Of a DNA stretch of 64,000 bases, positions 39,048 through 56,577 are shown in pieces. The translations under genes were made by a program, and so were the position numbers. Each line of letters starts with the position of its first letter. The stretch's first letter is position 1. Source of the stretch: the human T2T-CHM13v2.0 reference genome, Homo sapiens; NCBI RefSeq assembly GCF_009914755.1, contig NC_060935.1. The stretch is one strand, 5' to 3'. The notes beneath the pieces were generated by a model. The model saw only the letters and a program-made list of their open reading frames with translations, was not told the DNA's origin and did not search any database.

Positions 39048-39329
39048 TGGAAAGCACAGAACTCTTAATAGCAGGTATACTGATAACTTCAAGGAAGGGC
39101 AAAAGTAAGCTCAGCAATGAGAGAATAAAAATAAATGAGAATATATAAACGTAAAGTAGTCTGAGGGTGAAAGGCTGGTACAGAAACAGATGGATTAAAA
39201 GCTGCCATCTAAATGACCATATTTTACTGTGTAGAAGATACATAACCAGGCTTTGTTATTTAACTGTTCATTATTTGGACCTACTCTGTTTTTCTTCTCT
39301 GTAGAAATTGAATTAAAAGAGATTCTTAT

Positions 39330-41960
39330 CACACATTCCAATCCTAGGTATTTAATGGAGAGAAAATGAAAACATGTCCACACTAAAAAATTACACATGA
39401 CTGTTCATGGTGGCTTTCTTCTCAGTAGCCTCAAATTAGAAGCAATTCAATACTCCATCAATGAGTGAAGAGATAAACAAAACATGCTATACTCATGCAA
39501 GGAAACCTATTCATCATTTAAAAGGAACTAACTACTAGTACATTCAGCAGCATGGATGAATAATCTCAAAATCATTATATGGATAAAAGAAAGTAGACAC
39601 ACAAACATATGTATAGCATGATTTTATTTACATAAAAATTTAAAAATACAAGCTAATCCATAGCGATTTAAAAATAAAACAAAACAAAACAGATCAGCAG
39701 CTCCCTGGGGCCAGAGGAGAATGAACTGCACTGAGGTCATGGAAACTTTTGGAAATGGGAAAGATGGTGGGATGCAAATGTTCTGTATTTGTTAGCTGTG
39801 GTGGTTTATGGATATACAAATCTGTCAAAATCTTTCTAATGCACACTTTAAGTAGATGCTGTTTATTCTCCATAAGTTCTACCCTCAAGAAAGTCCATTA
39901 TAAAACAAGTTGTTTCTGAAAATGTATTAACCTTAAATACAATATAGAGCACTGTTTAATGCCTGCTTACTACAAATGTCAAGTAGGTTTAAGTTAGCAT
40001 CCTTTCTGGAATAGTTTTGGAAATGATTCTTTTAATTTAAGGCCTATCAAAGGAAAACTATGTAATTAGTTAAAATAATGTAAGGAAAAAGGAACTAACA
40101 AGTACTGAGTACCTTCTAGGTATAATACTTTGGTTATATCATTAATTTCAATATGACAGTTGTAAATTAATCCACATTGTAAGTGAGAAACATCAAGGCT
40201 CAGAAAGTTTACCTAATTTTCTCTGGCTTTCAAACCATATCAGACCATTGATTCATACTCCTATGTAAGATTTGAATTATCATATTGAGGTTCACATAAA
40301 GTAAAATTCACCCACTTTAAGGGCACATTCCAAGAAGAGTTAATAAATTTATTCACTAATGCAACCACCATTACAAGGAAGATACAGAACATTTTCTTTT
40401 TTAAAAAAAAAGTATTATTTTTTAATTGACAGATATAATTATGTGTATTCATTGCATGTACATGTTTTGATATATAAATACATCGTGAAATGGTTTAATC
40501 TGACTAATTACCAAATGCATTACCTCACATTAACATTTTTGTGGTGAGAACACCACACAACATTTCCCTGTGCTATTTCCAATTAATTGTTCCCACCCTG
40601 GTCCTAGTCAGTAACTAGTTTGTTTTCTTTGATTATAAAATAGTTTCCATTTTCTGCATTTTTATGAGTAGAATCATATTTTATGTGTATAGCTTCTTTC
40701 ATTCAGCTTAATGATTTCAAGATTAATACAAACTGTTATGCAGATTAAAATTTCTGCTTTTTAATTGTTGAGTAGTTATCCATTATATGAATATAATGCA
40801 TGATTAAAATTTCAATCACCTAGGGAGTGATATTTAGATTCATCCCACTTTCCAGTTTGGAATTATTACAAATAAAGCTGTTATGAACATTTGTATACAA
40901 ATCTCTAAGTGAACATCTCTTTTTATTCTTTTCTTTAAATTCCTAGGTGTGGAATAGCTGCCTAGATGTGGAATAGCTTGATCATATTGTAGATGTATGT
41001 TTAACGTTATAAGAAACTGCCAAAGAGTTTTCTAAAGTGGTTGTACCATTTTAAATTTCAGGAGTAGTGAATAAGAGTTCCAGTTGTTCTATCTTCTAGT
41101 CAATATTTGGTATTATTATTTTTTTAATTTGGCCATTCTAATGGATATGTAATGTACCTCATTTGTAATGTGTAATGCAATGTATCTCATTTGCATTTCA
41201 CTGAAGTTGAGCACTTTTTCTGTGCTCATTGGCCATTGGTTTATTTTCTTTTATAATGTTTCTTAAAATGTTTTGCTCATTTTTGTTTTGGGTTGTTTCT
41301 CTTCTTATTGTGTTATAACTGTTCTTTATGTATTGTGGATAAAGGTTATTTGACAGATATATATGTTTTATAAATCTTTTCTCCCATTTTGTAACTTGTC
41401 TTTTTATTTTCTTAATGATGTCCATTGTAGAGCCAAAGTTTTAATTGTTTTAAAAGTTAAATTTATCCGTTATGGAGGATTATAATCTTTGTGTGCTAGA
41501 TGAGCAATATTTACCACCTGAAGGTTTCAAGAATTTGTCTTACATTTTCTTCTATAAATTCTATGTTTAGATTTTATATTCATGTCTATAATCTATTCCA
41601 ATTTAATATTTTCTGTATTGTATGAGGTCAAGATTGATGTTCATCTTTTTCCCATATCAATATTCAGTTTTATATAAATATTTGTTGAAAAGATTCTCTT
41701 TCTCCATTCAGTTACATTTATACCTTTTTCCAAAATTAACCATATATACGTGAGTCTATTTCAGATGCCACCTATTCTTCCCATGAATCTTTATGTCAAT
41801 AACACATTGTCATAACTAATACAGCCTTATAGTAGGTCTTGAAAGCAGCTTGTATAAGTTCTGCAGCTTTGCTTTTCTTTTTAAAATTTTTTTGACTAAT
41901 GTGGGTCATTTGAACATTCATATACATTTTAGAATCTGTCAATTAATTAAAAACATACTG
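39330..41960. mobile_element. L1ME/L1M fragments (+ at about 39330-39895; - at about 40270-41960)
   Basis: Degenerate L1 3' UTR and ORF2 motifs (AGAAACTGCCAAAGAGTTTTCTAAAGTGGTTGTACCATTTT). Confidence 0.75.
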
Positions 41961-42198
41961 CATTTAAACTTTTAAAATTTTATATGTACATAATAGTTGT
42001 ACACATTTATGGGGTACATCTGATATATTTTGATGCAAGCATTTAATGAGTAATGATCAAACCTGGATAACTGGGATAAACATCACCACAAGCATTGCTA
42101 CTTCCTAATACTGAACATGTTTCCCTGAACTTTGATCTCCTTCTTTATAAAACAGAGATGAAAATATCAATTTTCAAGTCTTATATAAGGAATATCTA

Positions 42199-44528
42199 CG
42201 ATATGGTTAGGCTTTCTGTTCCCACCCAAATATCATCTTGAATTGTAATCATCATAATCCTCATAATCCCCACGTGTTGAGGGAGAGAGCAGCTGGAGGT
42301 AATTGAATCATAGAATCAGTGTCCCTTATGCTGTTCTCATGATAGTGGGTGAGTTCTCATGAGAGCTGACGGTTTTTTAAGGGGCTCTTCCCTGGCACTT
42401 CTCTTTCCTGCTGCCTTGTAAAGAAGTGCCTTGCTTCCCATTTGCCTTCCACCATGACTGTAAGTTTCCTGAGGCCTCCCGAGCCATGCTGAACTGTGAG
42501 TCAATTAAACCTTTTTCCTCTATAAATTACCCAGTCCCAGGCAGTTCTTTATAGAAGTAAATTGGGACTGGAGAGAGTGGGGTGTTGCTATAAAGATGCC
42601 CAAAAATGTGGAAGTGACTTTGGAAGTGTGTAACAGGCAGAGGTTGGAACAGAAGACAGAAAGATGTGGGAAAGTTTGCAACTTCCTAGAGACTTGTTGA
42701 ATGGCTTTGACCAAAATGCTGATAGTAATATGACAATGATGTCCAGACTGAGGTGATCTCAGATGGAGATGAGGAACTTTTTGGGAATTGGAATAAAGGT
42801 GACTCTTACTATGCTTTAACAAAGAGACTGGTGAAATTTTGCCCCTACGCTAGAAATATGTGGAACTTAGAACTTGAGAGAGATGATTTAGGGTATCTGG
42901 TAGAAGAAACTTCTAAGCAGCAAAACATTCAAGAGATGATTTGGGTGCTCTTACAAGCATTCAGTTTTATGCATTCACATAAAGATAGTTTGGAACTGAA
43001 ACTTATTTTTAAAAGGGAGGCAGAGCATAAAAGTTCAGAAAATTTGCCACCTAGCAATGCAATAGAAAAGAAAATCCCATTTTCTGAGGAGAAATTCAAG
43101 CCTGCTGCAGAAATGTGCATAAGTAATGAAGAGTCAAATGCTAATCAGCAAGACAACAGAAATAATGTCTCCAGGGCATGTCAAGGGTCTTTATAGCAGC
43201 CCCCACATCACAGACCCAGAGGCCTAGGAGGGAAAACTGGTTTTGTGGGCTGGGCACAGGGCCTTGCTTCTTTGTTCAGTCTTGGGAATTGATGCCCTGT
43301 GTCCCAGATATGGCTAAAAGGGGCCAACATATAGCTCAGGCTGTTGCTTCAGAGACTGAAAGCCCCAAGCCTTGGCAGCTTACATTTGGTTTTGGGCCTG
43401 AGGGTGCACAGAAGTCAAGAATTGATGTTTGGGAACCTGTGCCTAGATTTCAGAGGATGTATGGAAGTGCCTAGATGTCTAGGCAGAAATTTGCTGCAGG
43501 GATGGAGCCCTCATGAAGAACCTCTGCTAGGGCAGTGTGGAAGGGAAAGGGAGGGTAAGAGCACCCACACAGAGTCCACACTGGGACACTGCCTAGTGGA
43601 GCTCTGAGAAGAGGACCATCATCCTCCATAACCCAGAATGGTAGATCCACCAACAGCTTGCACTGTCCACCTGGAAAAGCTGCAGGCACTCAATGGCAGC
43701 CTGTGAAACATCTGGGAGAGGGGCTGTACCCTGCAAAGCCACAGGGATGAAGCTGCCCAAGACCATGGGAACTCACCTCTTGCATCAGTGTGAACTGGAT
43801 GTGAGACATGGAGTCAAAGGAGATCATTTCAGAGCTTTAAGATTTTAATGCCCCACTGGATTTCGGACTTCCATGGGGCCTGTAGCCACTTCGTTTTGGC
43901 CAATTTCTTCCATTTGGAACGGGGGTATTTACCCAATGCCTGTACACCCCTTGTATCTAGGAAGTAACTACCTTGCTTTTTATTTTACAGGCTCCTAGGT
44001 GAAAGCAGCTTGCCATGTCTCAGGCAGGACTTTGGACTTGGACTTTTAGGTTACTTCTGGAATGAATTAAGACTTTGAGGGACTATTGGGAAGGCATGAT
44101 TGGTTCTGAAATGTGAAATGAACATGAGATTTAGGAGGGGCCAGGAGCAGAATAATATGGTTCAGATTTGTGTCCCCACCCAAATCTCATCTTGAATTGT
44201 AATCCTCACAATCCCCATGTTTCAAAGGAGAGACTAGGTGGAGGTAATTGAATCATGGGGATGATTTCTCCCATGCTGTTCTCATAATAGTAAGTGAGTT
44301 CTTATGAGATCTGATGGTTTTATAAGGGACACCTCCCCTCTTTACTCAGCACTTCTTCTTGCTGCCTTGTGAAGAAGGTACCTCGCTTCCTCCTTGCCTT
44401 CTGCCATGATTGTAAATTTCCTGAGGCCTCACCAGCCATGCCGAACTGTGAGTCAATTAAATTTTTTCCTTTATAAATTACTCAGTCTTGAGCAGTTCTT
44501 TATAGCAGGATGAAATTGGACTAATATA
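42199..44528 (+). mobile_element. Near full-length THE1 (THE1D-like) MaLR element: LTR-internal-LTR
   Basis: LTRs at about 42199-42560 and 44153-44528; internal MaLR ORF remnants (DGDEELFGNWNKGDS…ELERDDLGYLVEE); 5-bp TSD ATCTA at 42194-42198 and 44529-44533. Confidence 0.92.
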
Positions 44529-46044
44529 ATCTATCTATCTGCCAGCCAATATATCTACCTATTGACTGACTGACAAATCAATCAATTTATCTATCTATCT
44601 TTATCACTATAACTTGAATTATGCTGGATACTATTATTATGTGATAGGACAAAATATTAAGCAACAATTCTCACAAGTCCCTTCTCCCTCCTTTTCTATG
44701 AAGAGTGGTATCCAATAAAGACAACTTCTGTTTTGTGAACAGGTAGAAGATAAGAATACAAACAGAAGAAATCAAATCCCCAGAAAGTGTAGAAAGAGAA
44801 AGAATTAAAAAAAAAGACGAGGAAGAAATGTGTGTGGCTGTCATAAATTTGACTTTTGAGGGGTAGTAATGAATAGATAACTGGGATTGATAGAAAATTC
44901 TGTGTCTGATGTTGCATCTAATCCCTCTCTCAGTGTCCTCAAGACAACCTCAGTAAACATTTACATTCCTTTTCAGGGGTTTTTGCAGGTATATTTGTGT
45001 TTATTTTTAATATGACTTTGTAATAAGACTAGCTTTAAGGAAGAAAAAAGGAAATATAAATGTGTTCAATTTATAATCGTAATCTAGTTAACTAAAACCA
45101 AACTGGATGTTGGAGTAAGCAAAGAAAGGAATGCATTGAGAAACTCAGTGAAGTAGCCTGATTACACAGACCTTCACTGTACCATATAAGCAATAATACT
45201 GGAAGATATTTAAGTAGTTAAATACCTGGGAACAGATCCTAGACAGCCCTAAAGCCAAGGTTACTTGTTAAAAAGACATACATATGATGTTTGGATAGTT
45301 TACTTGATTTTTACTCCAGGTATATCCTGAGATGTTTATAAACTAAAGATTCTTGAAGAAGCTAGCAAAAGAACAGAAGACGAAATATCAACCAACAATC
45401 ACTTTTAAAACAAGATAAACTGTGGCCAAAGGAGATACACAAATTCTTAAGTTCTGTCTCCAGACAGTTTAATGCTTTCATTCTTCAGTGACACACTGGA
45501 AAGCTTTCACTGGTAAATATATTCAAGACAGGAAAATAAATCAGAGCTGTTTATCAAACTGGACACAATGTACAAAGATTGGACATAATGAAGAAATTAT
45601 GTGGGTAATAGTCATAGGATAATGGCTCCCATTTCACTCAATTTTGAAGTTATTGCTTTACACATAGATAAAACAATTAGAAGAAACAAAAACACAAGAA
45701 AAGAACTGTAATGGCAAATATCAGTTTTTAGCACTCACTGTGTCCTAGCTACCTTACATATTTTATTGTTAAACATCACAGTAGTTATTAAAAGTAAAAA
45801 TTATACTACAATATTACAAATAAAAAACAGATCTGCGTTTATGTTAAATTGAGCTTAAATGATCTGTGCAAGGTTAAACAATATCCAAATCCAGATTTTC
45901 TTGGCTCCAAATCCCATGTTCTTTCCAGCTGTAGGCTGTAAGTATTGTCAACATACTAGATGTCTTCAGAGTATCTATCTAACTCACAGGGCTCCCATAA
46001 TTTCCTTTCCCTCACTCTCTCCATAATACCACATTCTTAGTTGA

Positions 46045-46845
<801 letters not shown>

Positions 46846-47219
46846 AATATGCCAGGATTTATTTTCATCAAGAGGATAAATGCACAAAATTTCTCCAATC
46901 TCAAAGATCAAGTTGACCCCAGAGGCTTATGTTTTTTCTTATAAAGATCAACATAGCTCTGGGTAGGTCTCTAACCCTGCATTTCTTTCTATGAGGCCCC
47001 CTGAGGCCATTGAACTCTCACCAACACATTCAACTTCACCCACAACCTGAAGACTGAACCTCTTTCTAAGCAACAGTGATTTTAAGACACCTAGATTACC
47101 AGCTCAAATTAGTCAACATTAAGACACACAGAAGCTTTAGGTCAACAGTCCTGAATTTGAATACCAAATGCTAGCTGCCTGAGTGAACTCGGTAGTCACT
47201 TAGTTTCACTAAGTGACAT

Positions 47220-48799
47220 TGATATGGTTTGGCTTTGTGTACCCAGCCAAATCTCATCTCAAATTGTAATTCCCAAATGTCAAGGGAGGGTCCTGGTGAG
47301 AGTGACTGGGTCATGGGGGCAGTTTTCCCCATGCTGTTCTCATGACAGTGAGTGAGTTCTCAAGAGATCTGATGGTTTAAAAGTTTATGGCAGTTCCCCG
47401 CTCACTCTCTCTACTGTCATCAAGCAAGACATGCCTTGCTTCCTCTTCACCTTCTGCAAAAACATCTCCAAAGCATTTCAGAGATATTCACAGCAGCCCC
47501 TCCCATCACAGGCCCAGAGGCCGAGGAGGGAAAAACAGTTTTCTGGGCCAGACCCAGGGCCCTGCTGTTTTGTGCAGCCTGGGGACAGGATGCCCTGTGG
47601 CCCAGGCACTCCAGCTCCAACCATGGCTAAAAGGGGCCAAGGTACAGCTCAGGCCATTGCTTCAGAGAGTGCAAGCCCCAAGCCTTGGCAGCTTCCGTGT
47701 GGTGTGGGGCCTGTGGGTGTGCAAAGACAAAAGAGTTGGGCTTCGGGAGTTTCCACCTAGATTTCAGAGGATACATGGAAATGCCTGGATGTCCAGGCCA
47801 TATGGAGAACCTCTGCTAGGACAATGCAGAGTGGAAATGTGGGGTTTGAGCTCCCACACAAAAGTCCCCACTGGGGCACTGCCTAGTGGAGCTGTGAAAA
47901 GAGGGCCACTGTCCTCCATACACCAGAATGATAGATTTACTGACAGTTTACACTGTGCACCTGGAAAAACTGCAGGCACTCAACACCAGCCTGTGAAAGT
48001 AGCTATGGAAGCTCTACCCTACAGAGCCACAGAGGCAGAGCTACCCAAGGCCTTGGGAGCCCACCCCTTGCAGCAGCATGCCCTGGATGTGAGACATGGA
48101 GTCAAAGGAGACTATTTTGGAGCTTTAAGATTTAACGACTGCCCTGTTGGGTTTTGGAATTTCTGTAGTCCCTTTGTTTTGGCCAATTCTCCCATTTGGA
48201 ATGGGAGCACTTATTCAAGGCCTGTACCTCCATTTTATCTAGGAAGTAACTAACTTGCTTTTGATTTTACAGGTTCATAGGCAGAAGGGACTTCCCTTGT
48301 CTCAGATGAGACTTTGGACTTGGACTTTTGGGTTAACACTGGAATGAGTTAAGACTTCAGGGCACTGTAGGGAAGACACAATTGTGTTTTAAAATTTCAG
48401 AAGGACATGAGATTTGGGAGGGGCCAGGGGCAGAATGATATGATTTTGTTCTGTGTCCCTACCCAAATCTCATCTTGAATAGTAATCCCCACATGTTGAC
48501 GGATGGACCTGGTGGGCTACAATAGGATCATGGAAGTGGTCTCTTCCATGACGTTCTCATGATACTGAGTTCTCATGCGATCTGATGGCTTAAAAGTGTG
48601 TGGCATTTCCCTGCTCACTCTTCCTCTCTCCTGTCATCATGTAAGATGCATCTTGCTTCCCCTTCAACTTCTGCCATGATTTCAAGTTTCCTGAGGCCTC
48701 CCCAGACATGCGGATCAGTGAGTCAATTAAACCTCTTTCCTTTATGAATTACCGAGTCTCAGGTACTTCTTCATAGCAATGTGAAAATGAACTAATACA
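47220..48799 (+). mobile_element. Internally deleted THE1 (THE1D-like) element inserted in a MIR
   Basis: Begins TGATATGG and ends CTAATACA; TSD GACAT/GACAA; the 5' LTR jumps into mid-internal sequence at about 47456; MIR halves lie on both sides. Confidence 0.9.
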
Positions 48800-51790
48800 G
48801 ACAATTTTAAAAAACAGAGATAATACTATGTGTCTCAAATTATGAATGTATGTATTGGAATCAAACTATATAAAGTGTCTAGCACAGTGTGTGACATATA
48901 GTAGGCACTTATATGAGGTATATTTTATTTGCTACAATTTTGGCCTTGTTTTCCTATTGTTAACAAGTGACATGCTCATGCACTTGAATTTCCTAAATTG
49001 GTGTTTTATATATTCTTCCTTTATATCAGTCTTCCTTCCATTTTTGTTCCTGCCTCAAACATTTTTGACTACCTCTAACACAAACTAAAGATATAGTTGC
49101 TGCCTTTAGAAGTTCACAGTCTAGTGGGAGAAATCTCACAGCAATACAACAGCACAAGCCAGATGTAATAATAGAGGACAGTTTAGGGTTACATGACATA
49201 AGGTCATCTAACTTGGACTGCAGGTTCAGAAGAAATTACTTGTGCCATAGTTCCCTGTGTTGCTGCTTGAAAAAAAGCTGCTCTAGAGGGCTGCTAAATT
49301 TGCTTCACATGCATTTTGAGTGAGAACTAAAATTCTTTTCTGTTAAGCCTTTAAGATTTGTGAGTTCTTTGTTATAGATAACAGCTAAAGTAATTATGTC
49401 AAATAACTTAGATCCCAAGAACTAGAGCCCCATCTCTGAACAAAAGACCCCAGGCTACGGCTATCTGCAGTAGACTCAGGAACATTTTCCTGCACAGACC
49501 TCTGCCTATTGTTTTCTGTAAAGACTGTTGATTCTACACAGCTTGTCCTGAATTTTTTCTTCTGCATCTATCCCAGGTTGTCTCTGCTCACCACTACCCA
49601 CATCCTTCCCCTGAAACAGACGACTATGGTGATGATGCTTTGAAGTAGAGCATTGTCTTAAGCTTGTCTCAGGCTTGTCTCAAGCCTCTGTCTTGTCTAA
49701 TACATAAATATGTTGAAAGGTCAAATAGAACAAAGTTCCTATTACAAAAGGATAGCTTTAATTCCTTTCCCACTTACTCCAAGTCTCAAATTTCTGTTTT
49801 AATCCTTCTCCTTATTCTCCATTGGGGCATCAGTCATGCTCACTCTCAGTGGCACCGTTCTGTGATTAGACAAGGCAGGAAGATGCCTAGACATTCTGAA
49901 GAATGGCTTTTGTTGTGCGGATAAGCACAGACTTTGTGTTCCTGCCTTTGTGCTTCCTGATACTTTGAGATTGGCCTTGACAGGTCACACCTGAAGTTTA
50001 TGAGCTGGCCTCAGGTAATGTCAGAAACAAGAGATTTATCCAGATGTTGTATGCCAAGGATAAACCCTGAATATCCTTGTAGACATTTCTGAGTCACAAT
50101 ATTTTTTCTCTCTACCTGGTTGGCATGATCTATAGGCTTGACCCTTGTCTTTACTCCACATCTTCTCTCTCCACCTCTCCTCCTCTTCAATATACATTAC
50201 CTGCTCACCACATATCATAACTAACATGATTCATTCTCATAATAGTTGAATTTCCCACAGAATCGTGTTTTGTCCCATATCACATCCCACTGGGCAAGGT
50301 TCAGGTTCTTCTGTACAGCTCTTGCCAGGGCCTTATCCCGGGGACTGAGTCCACTTCTCTAAGTGAGTGAGAGTGCTGTCAGCAAAGAAAATCAGCTTAG
50401 AATGGTCTCAGAGTTCTGCCAGATTCTCCTCTATCAGATGTCCTTACCCAGTAGACTGGACTGCCCTGGAGTCTTGCCTGAAACCATACCTGACCTTGAT
50501 GAACTACTGGGATGTGATGCTTTGGCAAGCTTGGCTGTCGTACTGGATTCTCATTTCAGTCTTTTGGTTTTACTGTTCATATCCACAATAGTTTGCACAT
50601 AGGGCTGTTTACATTGTGACTGCTTGTGTCTAGTAGTGGATAACTATCGATTCTGAGGAAGAATTCTCTAAAAGCCTGAACTTTTTTCCCGCAATTTTAA
50701 AGCCTTGAATTTGAAGCTTAATTTCATAAAACTGAAAAGCAACTTAAAATAGAGCTTTATTCATTACAAGAGGTTAATCTGTCTCCGCAATCTGAGAATT
50801 TTTAAATTTTTTGTTCTTGTTACATTTTTTTCTTATCAGAGTAATACAAACACATTACAAGGAAAAAAAGGAAGAATATAAAAGAACCATTAAATCTCAG
50901 TCCCCTAAGATAAAAAAAAGTTAGCATTTTTCTACTGTCCTCCAGTCACTTTTTATGAATATGTGTTACAGACATATTTGTGATTACACTTAATATTCTT
51001 CTTAAATATAATTTTAACTAATCATCCAACCCCATTTGGTGTTTAGTTATTTGACTATGCTCTTTAACTGATTTTCACTCTAACGTTTCAGTCAAGAGAC
51101 ACGTAAACGTGTTCCCTATGGGACTCTCACTGATTTTTCAGTGGCATCCAAGGCCAAATAACTGTCCAAGAAACAGCATTAATTTACACACTAAAGGAAT
51201 TTTCTACCTCCCTCAAAAAATAATCCAAAGAACGCCAGATGTTGTAGCAAAACTCTGCATCATGTAATTTATTTTGATCAGCCTCTCCTCCTTTCTGCTT
51301 TTTGCTTTCCCTCTTCTGTCTCTCTCTCCTTTCCTTTCTCTACTCTTTTTCTCTGTCTTCCTCTGTGTCTCTCATCTTCCAGACATAGGCACTGTGCTCT
51401 GGGATACAGAGTTTAAAAAAAAAGGACTGTATACAAACTTTTAACTAAAGAGTGTAGCATATATACAGATTCCAAATTAATAATTATAAACTTTTTGAAA
51501 TTAGATAACAAATATAAAAATTAATTATAGCCACACTGTCATAATATATTACAGATTAATTATTCTCCTAAAACCTAATTTAAAAAGCAATTGAAAATAA
51601 AGCAGTCTATTTATTTCAGCCATGGAGAAAGGTAAATTTCCAAAGATAGAAGCACTGAGTAAAAAGGAAATCCCACGGTCTCTGCTTTAGTTCAGTCCTG
51701 CACTTTTTCTTACCCGGAAAACTTTACTAACCGCTGCCTTCAATATGCTCCCGGGGTTTTCTTTCTGATCATGTTAGTTTTTTTATTTAA

Positions 51791-52172
<382 letters not shown>

Positions 52173-54544
52173 GATCTGGTCCTTTTCTACCTCTGCAGTT
52201 CCATATGATCCTTCTGCTTCCTTTTCCAAGTTCTACTTTAGTTATCTAAAGTGTTGTAGAGCCGCTGCAAGAATTAAATTGATTTATATGTTCTTATACT
52301 TCAAATAGTGCTGGTTCATCAGGAGTGACTCAATAAATATTACTGTAAATATTATTAACACTACTTCCATTGCCAGTAGCACTATTATTACTACTTCTTC
52401 TTTTGCTGTGGCTACTCCTTTTTCTCCTCCTCCTCATTATTATGATTATGGCTATGGTTATGGTTATGATTATGAACAGCTAGATACTATGTCTGGCGTA
52501 AGGTGAACATTACCATTCCCACTTTTTACTCAAGAAAATAAGATTTGGAGAGGTTAAGTCAATTGCCCAATGTATGAAGCCAAAATTCAAGTCCACACTG
52601 ATTCAAAACTTCCACTCTTTCTTCCATACCAGAATCATTTCCAATGAGAAGTGTGTGTTGTGTGAATATTCATTTCAAAAACAACTACATAGTTATTGGA
52701 GAACTTCAGGTTGTACATCTGAACTACACAAATGGGATTATGCCCACTTCTGAAAGTAACAATCTAAAAGTAAGCTGCACTGGTGTGAAATTTTTGACTG
52801 AAATCCAAAAAGCAAGGCATATCCAGAGCCAAGGAGAGCAGCTTGGCTCTTCATATTTTGAGTTTTTGCCATTGTTTAAAAATATAAAGACAGAATGTAA
52901 CATGTTGGAAGTAAAATGTCAGCCAACGTCCTTAGTCAAAACTAGGAATTGCTTTATTTTTATAATGTTCTAAAATGATGTTAAGCAAACATTATGACCT
53001 ACTGAGTATATTATTTGATTTTTTCATATTGGTCATTAAAATATATAATAAGGTGTTTTAATTTAAAAAGCATATTTATATCTTTTTATAATCTCTCTCA
53101 ATAGTTATACATATCTACAGTTTTATGTATAGTTATATATACATATTATATAATATGTATAGTTATACATAAGTATCTCTCATATAGTTATTATACAGTG
53201 CTTGTAAACACCCTTTTATATATGGTATATAAAAATTGTACTAAAAACAGACATATTTCATTTGTTCTGCTCAAGTTTATCATAAGATAGTTAAATTTCA
53301 AAATGCAAGTATTAAGAAAAAGCAAAGCATAGACACTCAGGGCCCCCCCGAGGCTAAACTGCTTATTTTTAGATCTAGTAATGTCACTTATCTAATGTTT
53401 ACCTGTACTATCGAATTGAAAAAAAATCGATCACATATTAACTCTTCCATTTGAAGGCCAGTTCTCAATCCTGGAGTTGACTTTGTACAACACTATGATG
53501 TTCTCTGCTAGACTCACACTTTGTCCAGATTTTTAACACTAATTCCAGGCAAGCAAGCACATACGACATAAAAGATGGCTGTAGCATGTCTGTTTTTCAT
53601 CTCCAGCTCTAACTCAAATCTCTACTCCGTCTTCCTTTTGAGTTTTCCTACACCAACCACCTACTTTGATAACCTCTCTTTTACTTTCCTCATCCAATCT
53701 TAAACCAGAATATGGTTGGAACAACTAGTGCTTTTTTGCCCTATTTCTCCAGTCCCTGGCTCTCTGCTGTTTTTCATTTTGTTCTATTTTTCTGGTGTCT
53801 TGTTTTGTTTTAACAAGTTAACATGTCTCTTAGCATGGACTGGAATCTGTCTTCATGCTGAAAACCATCAACATGGGGAAATGCACCCAACTGCAGTTCC
53901 ATTCATCTATGTGCCAAACAACTTCCAAAACCTGGCTGCATTTGTTTGCTCTTCACAGCCTACATGTAGTTGTTTATTTCAATATTTTGTATAGAATTTA
54001 AAACTTTCATCTATAAGCAGGTTAATCTGATAAGAGCTATTGTTCGTGTCCTGAATAGAAATCTCCACAATATGGTTTTAATTTTCACTTTTTAAAAATC
54101 AAATTTCTGACAATCTTCTTTAAAATTTAAAATTGAATTACCTTAATAATTATTTATTTGAAGCATCTGGTAACACTGATATAAAATTGTTTTTGAAATT
54201 CTGCTTCTGATAATGGAGGCAACATGTTAACAGCTAGACCTTCACTTTTCATACATGCCCAGCAAAACTTGGAATTGAAATAGAATTAAATGAATTTGGA
54301 ACACTCATTTGATCTAAATAGAAAAGGATGCTTCACAGAATGATACGGAAATGACCTTTCTACATCTTCTGTTTGGGGTTTCATTATGTATTACTAAGTA
54401 ATAAATTTCTCCAAAACTCAGTGCTTAGTGGCTTAAAACACCCCACTATTTTTTTTTTTATTTCACAATTTCCTAGATCATAAGTTAAGAATAAAGTGTA
54501 GCAGGGAGAGCTTATCTCTGCTCCATGATATATGGGGGCCAGAT

Positions 54545-55252
<708 letters not shown>

Positions 55253-56233
55253 GACATTTCTCTTTTCCCATTGGCTCTGTGTCCCTTTCTCTCTCCTTTT
55301 TTGCCTTCCCCTCTCTCTCTTTCCCTTCTTCCTCACCCACCCTCTTTCTCTTTCTTTCTCTAACTTTCTTAGAGAATGAGTGCCTTAAGTTTCATGTTTT
55401 ACAAGGTGACTCAGGGCTCCAAGAGTCTTTTAAGAGACAGGAAATAGAGGCTGATAGACTCCTAAGTCCTGATACCAGAACTGGCATAGTAGTATTCTGG
55501 AGTATTCTTTTGGTCAAAACAGCCATAGATCCCACCCAGGACAAGGGGAGCAGTCATGTACCCAATCTCCCCATTGGAAGAGCGTCAAAGAATTTTCAGC
55601 CATTTTAATTCACCTTAATCTACCCTCTGGTCATAAATTACTTACATCTTCTCCTGCAGAATATACCCTCTCCCTCCCAAGTCTCCCCAGATTCTCAACT
55701 AATTATGGAAGCAGACTCAGGCTTGAGTTTCAAGATCTCATCGTTTAAATCTAGTCTAAGAACAGATTAGGCACCTCAATTGTCATTCTTCTCACTGTGA
55801 AAATTTGTGAACTAAAGGAACGTAATACCCGTGTCCTCATACATGCAACATAAAATGCCAAGACAATCATGGGAAATCCACAGTAAATGCTCCTATTCAA
55901 AAAAGAGAAAAAGAAGCCATATAGAAATACTTAGTCCATAACAATTCTGAAACCTAGCTAGTACATGTTATCAGTTCTTTTATTAGGCTATGGTTTTGTT
56001 CCCTGGGAATGATTCTTCATGTCTCTTAGCTTTGCCAGCTGGGTACTTCTTTCATCCTCCGAGTCATTCTTCCATTTCTATAAGAAATTGCCTGTACTTA
56101 CAGCTAAGTAGTTTTTCAGCATGTTTATTGCTCATATATTAGGTGTTCAAAAGCCATTTTTTTTTTCATTTTGAACTCTTGCTGCCCCTTTTTGTGCCAT
56201 GATCCTAATTTCTTTAAAAATTTTGAAAGCTTC

Positions 56234-56577
<344 letters not shown>

